The notes beneath the pieces were generated by a model that saw only the letters and a list, made by a program, of their open reading frames with translations, searched no databases and was not told the DNA's origin. DNA of 62,501 nucleotides from Alphaproteobacteria bacterium (GTDB lineage: Bacteria > Pseudomonadota > Alphaproteobacteria > Rickettsiales > UBA8987): assembly GCA_030429725.1 (NCBI GenBank), contig JAUIEX010000003.1, positions 1 to 62,501 of the forward strand, written 5' to 3'. The stretch's first letter is position 1, and each line of letters begins with the position of its first letter. Positions 18,729 to 28,985 of this stretch are shown one piece after another. Position numbers and translations under genes: made by a program.

Positions 18729-19489
18729 AAACGAATATCCGGCATTTTGCTTTCACGGGCGCGGCGCATCAGCCGCTGCATTTCCGCAATGGCCTTTTCC
18801 AGCCCAACATAGATGGCTTCCCCAATGAGAAAATGGCCGATATTCAGCTCCACAATTTGCGCAATGGCGGCAATGGGCGCCACGGTATCATAGGTCAGCC
18901 CGTGCCCGGCATGCACCTCCAGCCCAAGGCCGGCGGCATGTTCGGTTGCTGCGATAAGGGTGCGCAGCTGATCTTCCCGCGCCACGCCCTCCGCATGCAC
19001 ATAGCTGCCGGTATGCAGCTCAATAATATCAGCATGCAGCCGTGCGGCGGCATCAATTTGTGCCAAATCCGCATCCACAAACAAGGAAACGCGAATGCCC
19101 TTTTCCTTCAGCGGAACAATGAACCGCTTCAGCTGATCTTCCGAGGCAACCACATTCAGCCCCCCTTCCGTGGTCACTTCCTGCCGTTTTTCCGGCACAA
19201 TACAACACGCGTTGGGCTTGGCACGCAGGGCAATAGCCAGCATTTCATCGGTGGCGGCCATTTCCAGATTCAACGGCAGATCCACCTCCGTCTTCAGGCG
19301 AAAAATTTCACTGTCACGGATATGGCGACGGTCTTCCCGCAGGTGCGCGGTGATGCCATCCACCCCGGCTTTTTGCCCCAGCAGGGCGGCACGTACCGGA
19401 TCGGGATGGATGCCACCCCGGGCATTACGGACAGTGGCCACATGGTCAATATTCAGCCCAAGGCGCAGCGGAAAGGATGCAGAATTCAT
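18725..19489 (-). CDS. pdxJ: Pyridoxine 5'-phosphate synthase
   Basis: LGLNIDHVATVRNARG, HLREDRRHI, HAGHGL, ELNIGHF; likely start MNSASF at 19489. Confidence 0.96.
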   Translation of the reverse strand: MNSASFPLRLGLNIDHVATVRNARGGIHPDPVRAALLGQKAGVDGITAHLREDRRHIRDSEIFRLKTEVDLPLNLEMAATDEMLAIALRAKPNACCIVPEKRQEVTTEGGLNVVASEDQLKRFIVPLKEKGIRVSLFVDADLAQIDAAARLHADIIELHTGSYVHAEGVAREDQLRTLIAATEHAAGLGLEVHAGHGLTYDTVAPIAAIAQIVELNIGHFLIGEAIYVGLEKAIAEMQRLMRRARESKMPDIRL

Positions 19490-19538
19490 CTGCCCGATAT
19501 AGCACGAATTAACGGGAGAAAAACCTGTAAAACAGGCA

Positions 19539-20708
19539 CTACTGGCCAATCAGGCGGTATGAGGTATCAAACAGGCGGCGATGTTCCTCAATGGCGAAGC
19601 GATCGGTCATCCCCGCCAGATAATTCGCAATGACCACGGCGCGGGAGGCCATATCTTCCCTGTGGTGATAGGCAACATTCCATTCTTTTGGCAAACATTC
19701 CGGCTCCGAAACAAAAAGCTGGAACAAGTCGGTTACGATACGCCGTGCCTTGCTGGTCATGCGGTTTACTTTATAGTGACGGTACATTTCCCGCCGGAGA
19801 TATTGACGTATATTTTCCAGATGCCCGGTCATTTTTTCACTGAACTGCACCAGCGCCTGCCCATGGTTGCGCACTTCCTCTGCGTGGTGCGGTGCATGGT
19901 CACTCAGCAGCATGCTCGTGGTGGCCACCATGTCAGAAATCATCGCGTGAATGATCCGTCGCCGCGCTTCATAAATCAATCTTCCTTGTGGAATATCAGG
20001 GTAGGACTGCATCACGCTGCGGTAGGTTTCCCCCACAAGAGGCAGCGCCAGCACATCCTCAAACCGCAACAATCCGGCGCGTAAGCCGTCCTCAATGTCG
20101 TGGTTATTATACGCAATATCATCGCACAGGGCGGCCAGTTGCGCTTCCAACCCCGGCCAGCCATTTAAGGCCAGATCGTGCTGCCGGTTATAATCGGTGA
20201 TGGTTTTAGGAAGGGGCTGCGCGGAAGGGAGCAAAGGCCCGTTATGTTTAACAATACCTTCCAAAGCCTCCCAGCTAAGATTCAGGCCGTTAAAGGCGGC
20301 GTATTTTTGTTCCAGATGGGTGAGAATGGCCAGTGACTGGGCATTATGATCAAACCCGCCATGGGCTTTCATGCATGCATCCAGCGCGTCTTCCCCGGCA
20401 TGGCCAAAGGGCGGATGCCCCAGATCATGCGCCAGCGCGGTGGCCTCGGCCAGGTCTTCCTCTAATTTCAGCACCCGCGCGGTGGAGCGTGCCAGCTGTG
20501 CCACCTCCAAACTGTGCGTCAGGCGGTTTCGGTAATGATCGCCCTCATGATAGACGAAGACCTGTGTTTTATATTCCAGCCGGCGGAAGGCCGTGGCATG
20601 GATAATACGATCACGATCCCGCTGAAAGGCGCTGCGCCCGGGCGATTCCGGCTCCTTATGCAGGCGGCCTTTGCTTTCCTCCGGAAAGGTCGCATAAGGC
20701 ATCAGCAT
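19539..20708 (-). CDS. dgt: Deoxyguanosinetriphosphate triphosphohydrolase
   Basis: FQRDRDRIIH, RNRLTHSLEV, HDLGHPPFGHAGE, DDIAY; start approximate. Confidence 0.93.
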   Translation of the reverse strand: MLMPYATFPEESKGRLHKEPESPGRSAFQRDRDRIIHATAFRRLEYKTQVFVYHEGDHYRNRLTHSLEVAQLARSTARVLKLEEDLAEATALAHDLGHPPFGHAGEDALDACMKAHGGFDHNAQSLAILTHLEQKYAAFNGLNLSWEALEGIVKHNGPLLPSAQPLPKTITDYNRQHDLALNGWPGLEAQLAALCDDIAYNNHDIEDGLRAGLLRFEDVLALPLVGETYRSVMQSYPDIPQGRLIYEARRRIIHAMISDMVATTSMLLSDHAPHHAEEVRNHGQALVQFSEKMTGHLENIRQYLRREMYRHYKVNRMTSKARRIVTDLFQLFVSEPECLPKEWNVAYHHREDMASRAVVIANYLAGMTDRFAIEEHRRLFDTSYRLIGQ

Positions 20709-20796
20709 GGCATTGGAGCTTTCCGAATAACGTGGTTTCATAGCAAATGGCTTATCAGCGCCGCGCAGGCCGCGCAAGCGCGGTCTGGCCAAAGCC

Positions 20797-22596
20797 TCAC
20801 ATGCCCGCGAAGAGTGGCAGCAGCTGGTCAATCATGGTTTCGGCCAGCTTTTCCACCGAGGGGATAGTGGTGGAATGCGGGTAATAGCGGGTGACATCAT
20901 GCCCAATGCCAATGGCCATCAGCTCCACCCTTTTGGATTGTTCCAGATACGAAATGACCCTTGTCAGATGCTGATCTAAAAAGGCGGGCGGGTTGGCGGA
21001 GAGGGTGCTGTCATCCACCGGCGCGCCGTCGGAAATAACCATGAGAATTTTGCGCTCTTCGGCTCTTTTCTGCAAACGCTGCTCCGCCCAGAGGATGGCT
21101 TCTCCGTCAATATTTTCCTTCAGCAGCCCTTCTTTCAGCATCAGCCCGAAATGGTTGCGCGCCCGGCGATAAGGCGTATCGGCGGATTTATAGATAATAT
21201 GCATCAGGTCATTCAAGCGCCCCGGCATGGGCGGGCTTCCCGCATTCACCCAGGCTTTGCGGCTTTCCCCTCCCTTCCACGCTGCGGTGGTGAAGCCAAG
21301 CACCTCCACTTTCACCCCGCAGCGTTCCAGCGTGCGGGTGAGGATATCGGTGCAGAGCGCGGTCATCATAATCGGCCGGCCACGCATGGAGCCGGAATTA
21401 TCCAGCAGCAATGTCACCACGGTGTCTTTATACGGAGCCTGCTGTTCAAAACGGTAGGGCGTGGGATAGGCGGGATCGGTAATCAGCCGGGCAAGGGCGG
21501 CAGGGTCAAGCAGGCCGGATTCCTGCTGAAATTTCCAGCTCCGCAATTGCTGGGCCTGAAGCAGGCGCTGAAGCTTTGAGGCCAGCCGCCCGGTAATATC
21601 CCGCAGCTGATTCAGCCTGCCATCAAGCTGCGTGCGAAGCTGGCGGAGTTCTTCAGCATCGGCCAGCTCGGTGGCATGCAAAATTTGATCAAATTTTGTG
21701 GTATAGGCGCGGTAAATGAGGGTGGTGTGGGCGCCTTCTTCGGCATGATCATCCGGCGCAGCGGGGGATTCCGCCTCATCCGGCAGTGCCTCGCCCATCT
21801 CCGCACCGGGCAGGGGGGCGGCATCCTCCTGTGAGCGGTCGGCCTGCTCTTCCCCACTCGCATCTATGCTGCTTTGGTCGCTCTGCTCCACATCCTCCGT
21901 TATCTCCTGCGGGCTATCCTCGGCAGCTTGCGGGGTGGCGTCCATCATGCTTTCATCACCGGCATTTTCCGACTGCTCCGCCCCGGCCAGCTTGCGCAGC
22001 ATGCGCGTAATGGCGGCTTGATACGCGACCGGGTCATCCAGCAGACCCGACAAGGCAACAAGCTCCTTCTTCAGCTGTGCCTCCATCACCCTGCCAACCG
22101 TGTCCAGCGCCATTGCGGCCTCTTCAGGCGCAATGCCCAGCATGTGCTTGATAACCAGCAGCCGCAAAACCTCCTGTGCGGGCATTTCACCCACCGCTTC
22201 GGCGCGGTGATAGCCGCGCAGGCGCAATTCTTCCCCCCAATGTTGCAGCAGATTCTGCGCGGTGCCGCGCATACGCTGTGCGCCAAGAATTTCCCGCCTT
22301 GTCTGCTCCAGCAGGGTGAGGGTAGCACGCTCCGTCCGCTCACGCGCGGTGACGGGCGGCAGGTTGCGCCAGCGGTGATGGAGCGCCATGCGATCCAGCT
22401 CCCCGCGCAACCGCGTGAGTGTGGCGGCGGTCAGTGCCGGCGACAGGGTCACGGAAATTTGATCCGAAGCGGTGATTTCCGCCCGCGCCCGATCCGCCGA
22501 AAGCGCCAGCGGAAAGCGCAGCTCCACCCCGTCATCCTGCGCCATGGCGCGGAACGTGGCGGCCAATTCTTCCTTGAGTGCCTCATAATTCATCAT
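20797..22596 (-). CDS. cobT: Cobaltochelatase CobT subunit (vWA domain)
   Basis: [46 protein letters not shown]; acidic linker. Confidence 0.9.
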   Translation of the reverse strand: MMNYEALKEELAATFRAMAQDDGVELRFPLALSADRARAEITASDQISVTLSPALTAATLTRLRGELDRMALHHRWRNLPPVTARERTERATLTLLEQTRREILGAQRMRGTAQNLLQHWGEELRLRGYHRAEAVGEMPAQEVLRLLVIKHMLGIAPEEAAMALDTVGRVMEAQLKKELVALSGLLDDPVAYQAAITRMLRKLAGAEQSENAGDESMMDATPQAAEDSPQEITEDVEQSDQSSIDASGEEQADRSQEDAAPLPGAEMGEALPDEAESPAAPDDHAEEGAHTTLIYRAYTTKFDQILHATELADAEELRQLRTQLDGRLNQLRDITGRLASKLQRLLQAQQLRSWKFQQESGLLDPAALARLITDPAYPTPYRFEQQAPYKDTVVTLLLDNSGSMRGRPIMMTALCTDILTRTLERCGVKVEVLGFTTAAWKGGESRKAWVNAGSPPMPGRLNDLMHIIYKSADTPYRRARNHFGLMLKEGLLKENIDGEAILWAEQRLQKRAEERKILMVISDGAPVDDSTLSANPPAFLDQHLTRVISYLEQSKRVELMAIGIGHDVTRYYPHSTTIPSVEKLAETMIDQLLPLFAGM

Positions 22597-23084
22597 TTTT
22601 TGTGCCCATGCAGCGCATCGGCGCGTTCCTGAAACGCTTTGGCCATCTTTTCCACCGCGCGACCAAACATCCCCCCAACAAGCTTTTCCATCATGGCGGA
22701 TTTGAAGCGAAAATCGATCGCAAAATGAATCATGGTGCGTTGCTCTTCACCGCCGGCATATTTGCCGGATGATTTCGGCACACAGGGCACAAAGCGCCAG
22801 TGGGTGGTCAGATGGCGGAACGGCCCTTCCTTCATTTCCACCTCAATGGCGCATTCATCTTCTTCACCTTCCGGTGGATGCAACGTGATGGTGGAAACAT
22901 ATTTATAGGAAAAATTTTTAAACCGCACCAGCAGCTCGCCCTCCTGCGTCTGCGCGTCAATCTGCTTCACCCGCGCACCGCCAACCCAAGGCAAAAACTC
23001 CGGATAGGCCGGGATATCGGCCACAATAGCATATATCTGCCGGGTGGTGTATGGTGACGGGCGATGATCGGTAAAGCTTGGCAT
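22593..23084 (-). CDS. ratA: RatA/PasT (Coq10-like START domain) protein
   Basis: [30 protein letters not shown]. Confidence 0.88.
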   Translation of the reverse strand: MPSFTDHRPSPYTTRQIYAIVADIPAYPEFLPWVGGARVKQIDAQTQEGELLVRFKNFSYKYVSTITLHPPEGEEDECAIEVEMKEGPFRHLTTHWRFVPCVPKSSGKYAGGEEQRTMIHFAIDFRFKSAMMEKLVGGMFGRAVEKMAKAFQERADALHGHKK

Positions 23085-23119
23085 GGCTGGAAATTAACGT
23101 AAAAAGCGCGTAAGTCCAA

Positions 23120-24373
23120 GTGATGTTGCATGTTATCGGCGGAGGATTGGCGGGATTAACCGCCGCGTGGGAAGCCGGCCGCGCCGGGCTGGCCGTCACG
23201 CTCTATGAAGCCAGCCCACAGCCGGGCGGGCGCTGCCGCACGCTGGCACAGGCACAACTCGGCGAAATTGATAATGGCAACCACCTGGTGATGCAGGCAA
23301 ACACAACCATGATGGCGCTGCTGCAACGGCTGGGAACATTGCCGGATTGTTACCGGCTAACGGCTATCCCGCTGCTGGACGCGGCAACCGGGCGCATCGG
23401 GCAGCAAAAAACCGGGCGATGGCATCTGCTGCGCGGCCATCTTCCGGGCGGGAGCCTGTCGGGCTGGCGGCAGATATGGCAGATAGGCTATGATCTTTGC
23501 CGCAGGAAGAATGCACCCATAACCGTGGCGGAGATGGTAAAAGACTGGCCAAACCGCGCCCTGCATCTCATGCTGGCGCGAAGTGTCTTAAATACGCCAC
23601 CGGAGGCCGCCAGTGCCGGCATGTATCAGGCGGTGCTGCGGCAGTTACTGCTGAAATCGGCGGTGGCATATGTGCCCAGGCATGGCTGGGGAGAGGTCTT
23701 GATTGCGCCTTTGATCCACGCATGTGACCAGCAGGGCGTGCGGCGGATTCATGCCCGCGTGACGGCACTGAACTGGCAGAAAAACCAGCTTCGGCAGATT
23801 TGTTTTGGAAACGAAACAATAAATATAGAGCAAGGTGATCAGGTGATTCTTGCCGTGCCGTGGGGGCAGGCACACCGGCTGCTGCCGGAAGCCGTGCCGC
23901 CCGCGCCGATGCATCATTCCATCGTGAATGGGCATTTTGATTTACGTGCGGTGCTGGACGCAGCCGCCATCGCCGCGCTGCCGCCGGTGACGGGGCTGGT
24001 GAATGATGATGGGGTGGAATGGGTGTTCCGCCGGGGATGGATTGCCAGCACAACAAGCTCCGCCGCCGGGGAACTGGCCGCCCGGCACCGCATACAACAG
24101 GCGGAAATCTGCTGGCAGGCCGTGCGGCGGGCTTTCGGCATAGCTAACAGCATAACACCGCCCACGCATCGGATTATCACGGAAAAACGCGCCACTTTCA
24201 GCGCAACGGAAGCGGCCTTGGCACTGCGCCCGGCAGCGGCAACGAGGCTTCATAATGTCCGTCTGGCCGGGGATTATGTGCAGAGCGCATTGCCGGCAAC
24301 ATTGGAAGCGGCGGCACGGAGCGGAAGGCTGGCAGCCTGCTGGGCAAAAAAACATGCGAAACGGCAGGTTTAA
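23120..24373 (+). CDS. hpnE: FAD-dependent oxidoreductase, HpnE-like
   Basis: VIGGGLAGL, GGRCRT, IDNGNHL, TEKRATF, LAGDYV...LPATLEAAARSG. Confidence 0.68.
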   Translation: MMLHVIGGGLAGLTAAWEAGRAGLAVTLYEASPQPGGRCRTLAQAQLGEIDNGNHLVMQANTTMMALLQRLGTLPDCYRLTAIPLLDAATGRIGQQKTGRWHLLRGHLPGGSLSGWRQIWQIGYDLCRRKNAPITVAEMVKDWPNRALHLMLARSVLNTPPEAASAGMYQAVLRQLLLKSAVAYVPRHGWGEVLIAPLIHACDQQGVRRIHARVTALNWQKNQLRQICFGNETINIEQGDQVILAVPWGQAHRLLPEAVPPAPMHHSIVNGHFDLRAVLDAAAIAALPPVTGLVNDDGVEWVFRRGWIASTTSSAAGELAARHRIQQAEICWQAVRRAFGIANSITPPTHRIITEKRATFSATEAALALRPAAATRLHNVRLAGDYVQSALPATLEAAARSGRLAACWAKKHAKRQV

Positions 24374-24442
24374 CATTGTGCGCAAAAGCAAAAAGTTTAT
24401 ACTCACCAACAAGATTAAAAAGATGCATATGAGGCATGAGCG

Positions 24443-25855
24443 ATGAAAAATCTGAATCCAGTAGTGATTGGGGGTGTGGAAACTCTGCCGATTGTTGAAG
24501 GTGGCAAGGGCGTGGCGGTTTCCACCGGGAAAAGTGCCGGCGCCATGGCGGCGGCCGGTTGTGTGGGAACATTTTCCGGGGTGAATGCCGATACTTACGA
24601 CGAAAATGGCCAGCCGATGCCGCAGGTTTATCAGGGCAGCACCCGCCGGGAGCGCCATGAAGAGCTGGTGGCGTTTGGCATTAAAGGCGGCATTGAGCAG
24701 GCGCAGATTGCACATGAAATGTCCAACGGCAAAGGCCGCATTCACATGAATATTTTGTGGGAAATGGGCGGCGCGGAACGCATTCTGGAAGGCATTATGG
24801 AAGGCGCAAAAGGGCTGGTGCACGGTGTTACCTGCGGTGCCGGCATGCCTTACCGTCTGGGTGAAATTGCCGAAAAATATAATATTTATTACTACCCCAT
24901 TGTTTCTTCCATGCGCGCTTTCCGGGCGCTGTGGAAGCGTGCCTATGCCAAAACGGCGGAGCTTCTGGGCGGCGTGGTGTATGAAGATCCGTGGTTGGCC
25001 GGTGGCCATAACGGGCTTTCCAACTCCGAAGATCCAACGCGGCCGGAAGATCCTTATCCACGGGTGGTGGAGCTGCGGCGCTTTATGAATGAGGTGGGGC
25101 TCTATGACACGCCGATTATCATGGCCGGCGGGGTCTGGAATTTGGGTGAATGGGCGCACTGGCTGGACAACCCGGAAATTGGCCCGGTCTCGTTCCAGTT
25201 CGGCACACGCCCGATTGTAACGCAGGAAAGCGAAGTGCCGGAGAAATGGAAGCGCCGCTTGTTAACCCTCAAAGAAGGGGATGTGTACCTAAACCGCTTC
25301 AGCCCGACAGGTTTTTATTCCTCGGCGGTGGATAATGCCTTTATCAAAGAACTTAAAGGCCGGGAAGACCGCCAGATTCCCTATGCCAGAGAGCCGGAAA
25401 ATCTGATGGCGGAACCCTTGCCGCTGCCGCCGCGCGGGCGGCCGGTTTATGTTGAACCGGATGATTTGGCGCGGGTATCGGCATGGCAGGCGGAGGGATA
25501 TACGCTGCCCATGAAAACGCCGGATAATACCTTAATGTTCGTAACGCCGGAAAAGGCGGATGAGATTCTGCTGGATCAGATTAACTGCATGGGGTGTTTG
25601 AGCCATTGCCGTTTTTCAAACTGGAAGGATCATGACGATTACAACACCGGCAAAAAGGCGGATCCGCGCAGCTTCTGCATTCAAAAGGCGCTTCAGGATA
25701 TCGTGCATTATAATACCGGGCGCGGCGACCCGCTGGAGCATCAGCTGATGTTTGCCGGGCATAATGCCTTCCGCTTTGCCAGCGACCCTTTCTATAAAGA
25801 TGGGTTTATTCCAACGGTTCAACAGTTGGTGGATCGCATCATGGAAGGGAAATAG
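24443..25855 (+). CDS. Nitronate monooxygenase family flavoprotein
   Basis: PIVEGGKGV, YEDPWLAGGHNG, IIMAGG, QFGTRP; Cys-rich C-terminal CMGCLSHC. Confidence 0.85.
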   Translation: MKNLNPVVIGGVETLPIVEGGKGVAVSTGKSAGAMAAAGCVGTFSGVNADTYDENGQPMPQVYQGSTRRERHEELVAFGIKGGIEQAQIAHEMSNGKGRIHMNILWEMGGAERILEGIMEGAKGLVHGVTCGAGMPYRLGEIAEKYNIYYYPIVSSMRAFRALWKRAYAKTAELLGGVVYEDPWLAGGHNGLSNSEDPTRPEDPYPRVVELRRFMNEVGLYDTPIIMAGGVWNLGEWAHWLDNPEIGPVSFQFGTRPIVTQESEVPEKWKRRLLTLKEGDVYLNRFSPTGFYSSAVDNAFIKELKGREDRQIPYAREPENLMAEPLPLPPRGRPVYVEPDDLARVSAWQAEGYTLPMKTPDNTLMFVTPEKADEILLDQINCMGCLSHCRFSNWKDHDDYNTGKKADPRSFCIQKALQDIVHYNTGRGDPLEHQLMFAGHNAFRFASDPFYKDGFIPTVQQLVDRIMEGK

Positions 25856-25935
25856 CGCGGATAATGTGCTATGGGGAGCGTTGATCTTTTTGCAGCCAAT
25901 GGTGGGGCACTGCCTGACGTTGCGGGAGGCGCCGC

Positions 25936-27288
25936 ATGAAATTCAACCGCTATAGCCTGTTACCAAAATCGCTCTATGGGCGCTTTCTGCTGATGATCAT
26001 CCTGCCGATGCTGGTGGTGCAGCTGGTGGCGGTCTATGTGTTTTATGAGCGGCATTGGGAAAGCATGCGCCGCAATCTTTCCGCCTCACTTTCCGGAGAA
26101 ATTGCCGCCGTGGTGCAGCTTTATGAGCAGGGCAAGGTGACGGAAGAGGCGCAGGAAATTGCCAACCGCTATCTGAATCTGCAAATGGCTGTTGTTCCGC
26201 TTCCGAAACAAAATAACAATACCACGCCGGATATTTTCACACGCTGCCTGGAAAAACAGGGCATCTGCCCGCATGCGGAAGGGGATGATGAACATCCGAT
26301 GCTGATTGAGGCCTTATCGCAAGGCCTGCCGGTGCCTTTCCGGCTGCTTCATGCGGAGGATAATTATCTGCGCCTGATTCTGGCGACGGAAACTCACCGC
26401 TTTGATTTCCGCATTCCTGAAAAGCGGCTGGCCAACCCCACCACCTATATTTTTATTTTGTGGCTGGTGGGCACGGCCACGGTGCTTTCGCTGGTGTCGC
26501 TGCTGTTTCTGCGCGGGCAGATACGTTCCATCGTGCGGCTGGCGCGGGCGGCGGATGAATTTGGGAAAGGCCGCGATTTGCCAAGCTTTATTCCGCAGGG
26601 TGCGCGGGAGGTACGGCAGGCGGCCATTGCCTTCATCCAGATGCGGGAGCGCATCAAGCGCCTGCTGACCCGCCGGGTGGAGATGCTGGCCGATGTCTCT
26701 TCCGACCTGACCGCGCCATTGGAGAAGATGCGGGTGGCGCTTTCCGGTATGCGGCAGACGGAGCAGGTGCGTAAATTAACGGCGGAAGTGGACTCCATGG
26801 AAAAGATGCTGCAAGGCTATCTGAGCTTTACACGCAACCGCCACGCCGAACCGTCGGTGGAAATTCCGCTAAGCCTGTTCTTTGAACGTATTCTGCGGGA
26901 TTATCAGCATCGCAGCGGCACGATCACCTGCCATATCACCACCACGCAGGCCATCCATGCCCGCCCGGCGGCACTGCGCCATGCGGTGGGAAATGTGCTG
27001 GATAACGCGCTGCTTTATGGCAAGCGTGTGGTGATTACCGTCACAGGGGACATCACGCAGGTGGTGTTAACGATTGAGGATGATGGGCACGGCATTCCGC
27101 CCGACAAGCGCGAGCTGGCCTTTGAGCCGTTTAAGAAATTGCATGACCCGGCCGGCGACGTGCAGCAGGGTATCGGGCTGGGCTTAACTGCCGCGCGCGA
27201 TATCATCCACAGCCATGGCGGGGAAATTACGCTGGAAAGCAGCCAAACGCTGGGCGGCCTGAAGGTGGTGATGACGCTGCCGGTTTAG
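25936..27288 (+). CDS. EnvZ-like membrane sensor kinase lacking the phospho-acceptor His
   Basis: TM-periplasm-TM-HAMP-DHp-HATPase; H box reads MLADVSSDLTAPL; N, G1, F and G2 boxes intact. Confidence 0.85.
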   Translation: MKFNRYSLLPKSLYGRFLLMIILPMLVVQLVAVYVFYERHWESMRRNLSASLSGEIAAVVQLYEQGKVTEEAQEIANRYLNLQMAVVPLPKQNNNTTPDIFTRCLEKQGICPHAEGDDEHPMLIEALSQGLPVPFRLLHAEDNYLRLILATETHRFDFRIPEKRLANPTTYIFILWLVGTATVLSLVSLLFLRGQIRSIVRLARAADEFGKGRDLPSFIPQGAREVRQAAIAFIQMRERIKRLLTRRVEMLADVSSDLTAPLEKMRVALSGMRQTEQVRKLTAEVDSMEKMLQGYLSFTRNRHAEPSVEIPLSLFFERILRDYQHRSGTITCHITTTQAIHARPAALRHAVGNVLDNALLYGKRVVITVTGDITQVVLTIEDDGHGIPPDKRELAFEPFKKLHDPAGDVQQGIGLGLTAARDIIHSHGGEITLESSQTLGGLKVVMTLPV

Positions 27289-27300
27289 CCGGCGGCCGGT

Positions 27301-27564
27301 TTATTCCGCGCAACTGCCAAAGCTGGAGCTGGCCAGCATGGGGCTATAGGCTAAAACGGCCTGATGCATTGCATCCTGAGAAATACGTTCCGGCCGGTGC
27401 GTTAGAAGCTGGCGGCTGCCGGATAAGCCCACAATTAATGTGCTGTCGCTCTCTTCAGCCACGATGGTGTCAGAATCATGATGATAGACGCGGCGCGCTT
27501 CCGTTGCGCGGGCGCGAATGGAATTTTCGTGGCTGGTGAGTGCTTCTTCAATGGGAACGAACAT
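27301..27564 (-). CDS. Small orphan protein, 87 aa
   Basis: GGAGG RBS 5 nt before the ATG and a perfect CtrA-type promoter upstream. Confidence 0.65.
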   Translation of the reverse strand: MFVPIEEALTSHENSIRARATEARRVYHHDSDTIVAEESDSTLIVGLSGSRQLLTHRPERISQDAMHQAVLAYSPMLASSSFGSCAE

Positions 27565-27603
27565 GGTGGCCTCCGGGCATTGTTATGTTTGTGTTATGCG
27601 CGC

Positions 27604-27636
27604 ATGATACGACAGGAAGATTAAAGAAACGTTAAC
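27604..27636 (-). promoter_or_regulatory. CtrA-type box plus -10 element
   Basis: TTAA-cgtttct-TTAA-N11-TATCAT on the minus strand; the plus strand reads the full TTAA-N7-TTAAC. Confidence 0.78.
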
Positions 27637-27683
27637 GGAAAGAGGCCAATGCCGTGCAATTATCACAGTGTCTAAGAAGCACG

Positions 27684-27713
27684 TTGACTAAGCGGGGGCT
27701 TTTGGCGTAGATT
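27684..27713 (+). promoter_or_regulatory. Sigma70-type promoter of carA
   Basis: TTGACT-N18-TAGATT. Confidence 0.45.
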
Positions 27714-27746
27714 CCGCGCAATTTGCCTGAAGGATTGAAAAGAAAA

Positions 27747-28937
27747 ATGAGCGACTTAACCCATAATGCCCCAAACATCACAGCCTTGTTTGCTCCGAAA
27801 AATGCCGTGCTGGTGCTGGCGGATGGTGCCGTTTTTGAAGGCTGGGGCGTGGGCGCTGCCGGGGAAACGCTGGGCGAACTTTGTTTCAACACGGCAATGA
27901 CGGGCTATCAGGAGATTCTAACCGATCCCTCCTATGCCGGGCAGGTGATTTTATTTACCTTTCCGCATATTGGCAATGTGGGCTGTAACGCCGAGGATAT
28001 GGAATCCGGCGCGGTGGCGGCCAAGGGGCTGATCCTGCGGGAGCGCATCACGCAGGCCAGCAACCACCGGGCGCAGGAAAATTTACAAAGCTGGCTGACC
28101 TCCCGCAACGTAACGGGCATTTCCGGTGTGGATACGCGGGCGCTGACGCATCATCTGCGGGATAATGGCGTGCAGAACGGGGTGATCGCCTATCGTGATA
28201 GCGCGTTCTCTGAAGAGGAGATCAAAGCATTGCAGGCCAAAGCGGCGGCCGCTTCGTCACTGGCCGGGGTGGAACTGGCCGAAGAAAACAGTACCAAAGA
28301 AGCTCATCAATGGCATCAGCCTTTATGGCAGGAAAGCCGCGATCAGGCGCTGGATCTGACCATTGTGGCGCTGGATTTTGGGGTGAAGCAGAATATTTTA
28401 CGGCATTTTGCCACGCGGGTGAAAAGGCTGCATGTGCTGCCGGCGCGCAGCACTGTGGAAGAGATTCTGGCGCTGAACCCCGATGGCGTGTTCCTTTCCA
28501 ACGGCCCGGGGGATCCGACCGCCACCGGGGCATATGCGATTCCGGTGATTCAGGCCTTGCTGCAGAAGCGCATCCCGCTGTTCGGCATTTGTCTGGGGCA
28601 TCAGATGCTGGCGCTGGCGGCGGGCTGCACCACGCAAAAGATGAAGCAGGGGCATCATGGCGCCAACCATCCGGTGCAGGATCTGGATACGAAGATCGTC
28701 GAAATCACCAGCCAGAATCACGGCTTTGTGGTTGCTGATGATGGGCTGCCGGAACATGTGCGGGTCACGCATCGCTCGCTTTTTGACGATACCATTCAGG
28801 GCATCGCGCTAAAGGATGCGCCGGCTTTTTCCGTACAGGGTCACCCGGAAGCCAGCCCCGGCCCGCATGACAGCCACTACCTGTTTGACCGCTTTCTGGA
28901 GCAGGTGCAGCGCCATCGCACGGCATGCGCCGCTTAG
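27747..28937 (+). CDS. carA: Carbamoyl-phosphate synthase small subunit
   Basis: FNTAMTGYQEILTDPSY, LSNGPGDP, GICLGHQ, QGHPEASPGPHD. Confidence 0.96.
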   Translation: MSDLTHNAPNITALFAPKNAVLVLADGAVFEGWGVGAAGETLGELCFNTAMTGYQEILTDPSYAGQVILFTFPHIGNVGCNAEDMESGAVAAKGLILRERITQASNHRAQENLQSWLTSRNVTGISGVDTRALTHHLRDNGVQNGVIAYRDSAFSEEEIKALQAKAAAASSLAGVELAEENSTKEAHQWHQPLWQESRDQALDLTIVALDFGVKQNILRHFATRVKRLHVLPARSTVEEILALNPDGVFLSNGPGDPTATGAYAIPVIQALLQKRIPLFGICLGHQMLALAAGCTTQKMKQGHHGANHPVQDLDTKIVEITSQNHGFVVADDGLPEHVRVTHRSLFDDTIQGIALKDAPAFSVQGHPEASPGPHDSHYLFDRFLEQVQRHRTACAA

Positions 28938-28985
28938 TAGAGAATAACCCAAAGAAAGAATCCGCCGCGGGCGGAAATCCCGACG

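Noticed and set aside
20797-23084. cobT as evidence of B12 synthesis, and ratA as a toxin-antitoxin system
   Set aside because: CobS/CobT homologues occur widely without the B12 pathway; RatA/PasT here is best read as the Coq10-like protein and has no antitoxin partner
27665-27674. ACAGTGTCTA, matching the right TIR of the family B element
   Set aside because: No partner TIR or internal similarity nearby; a 10-bp match may be chance or an undiagnosable remnant
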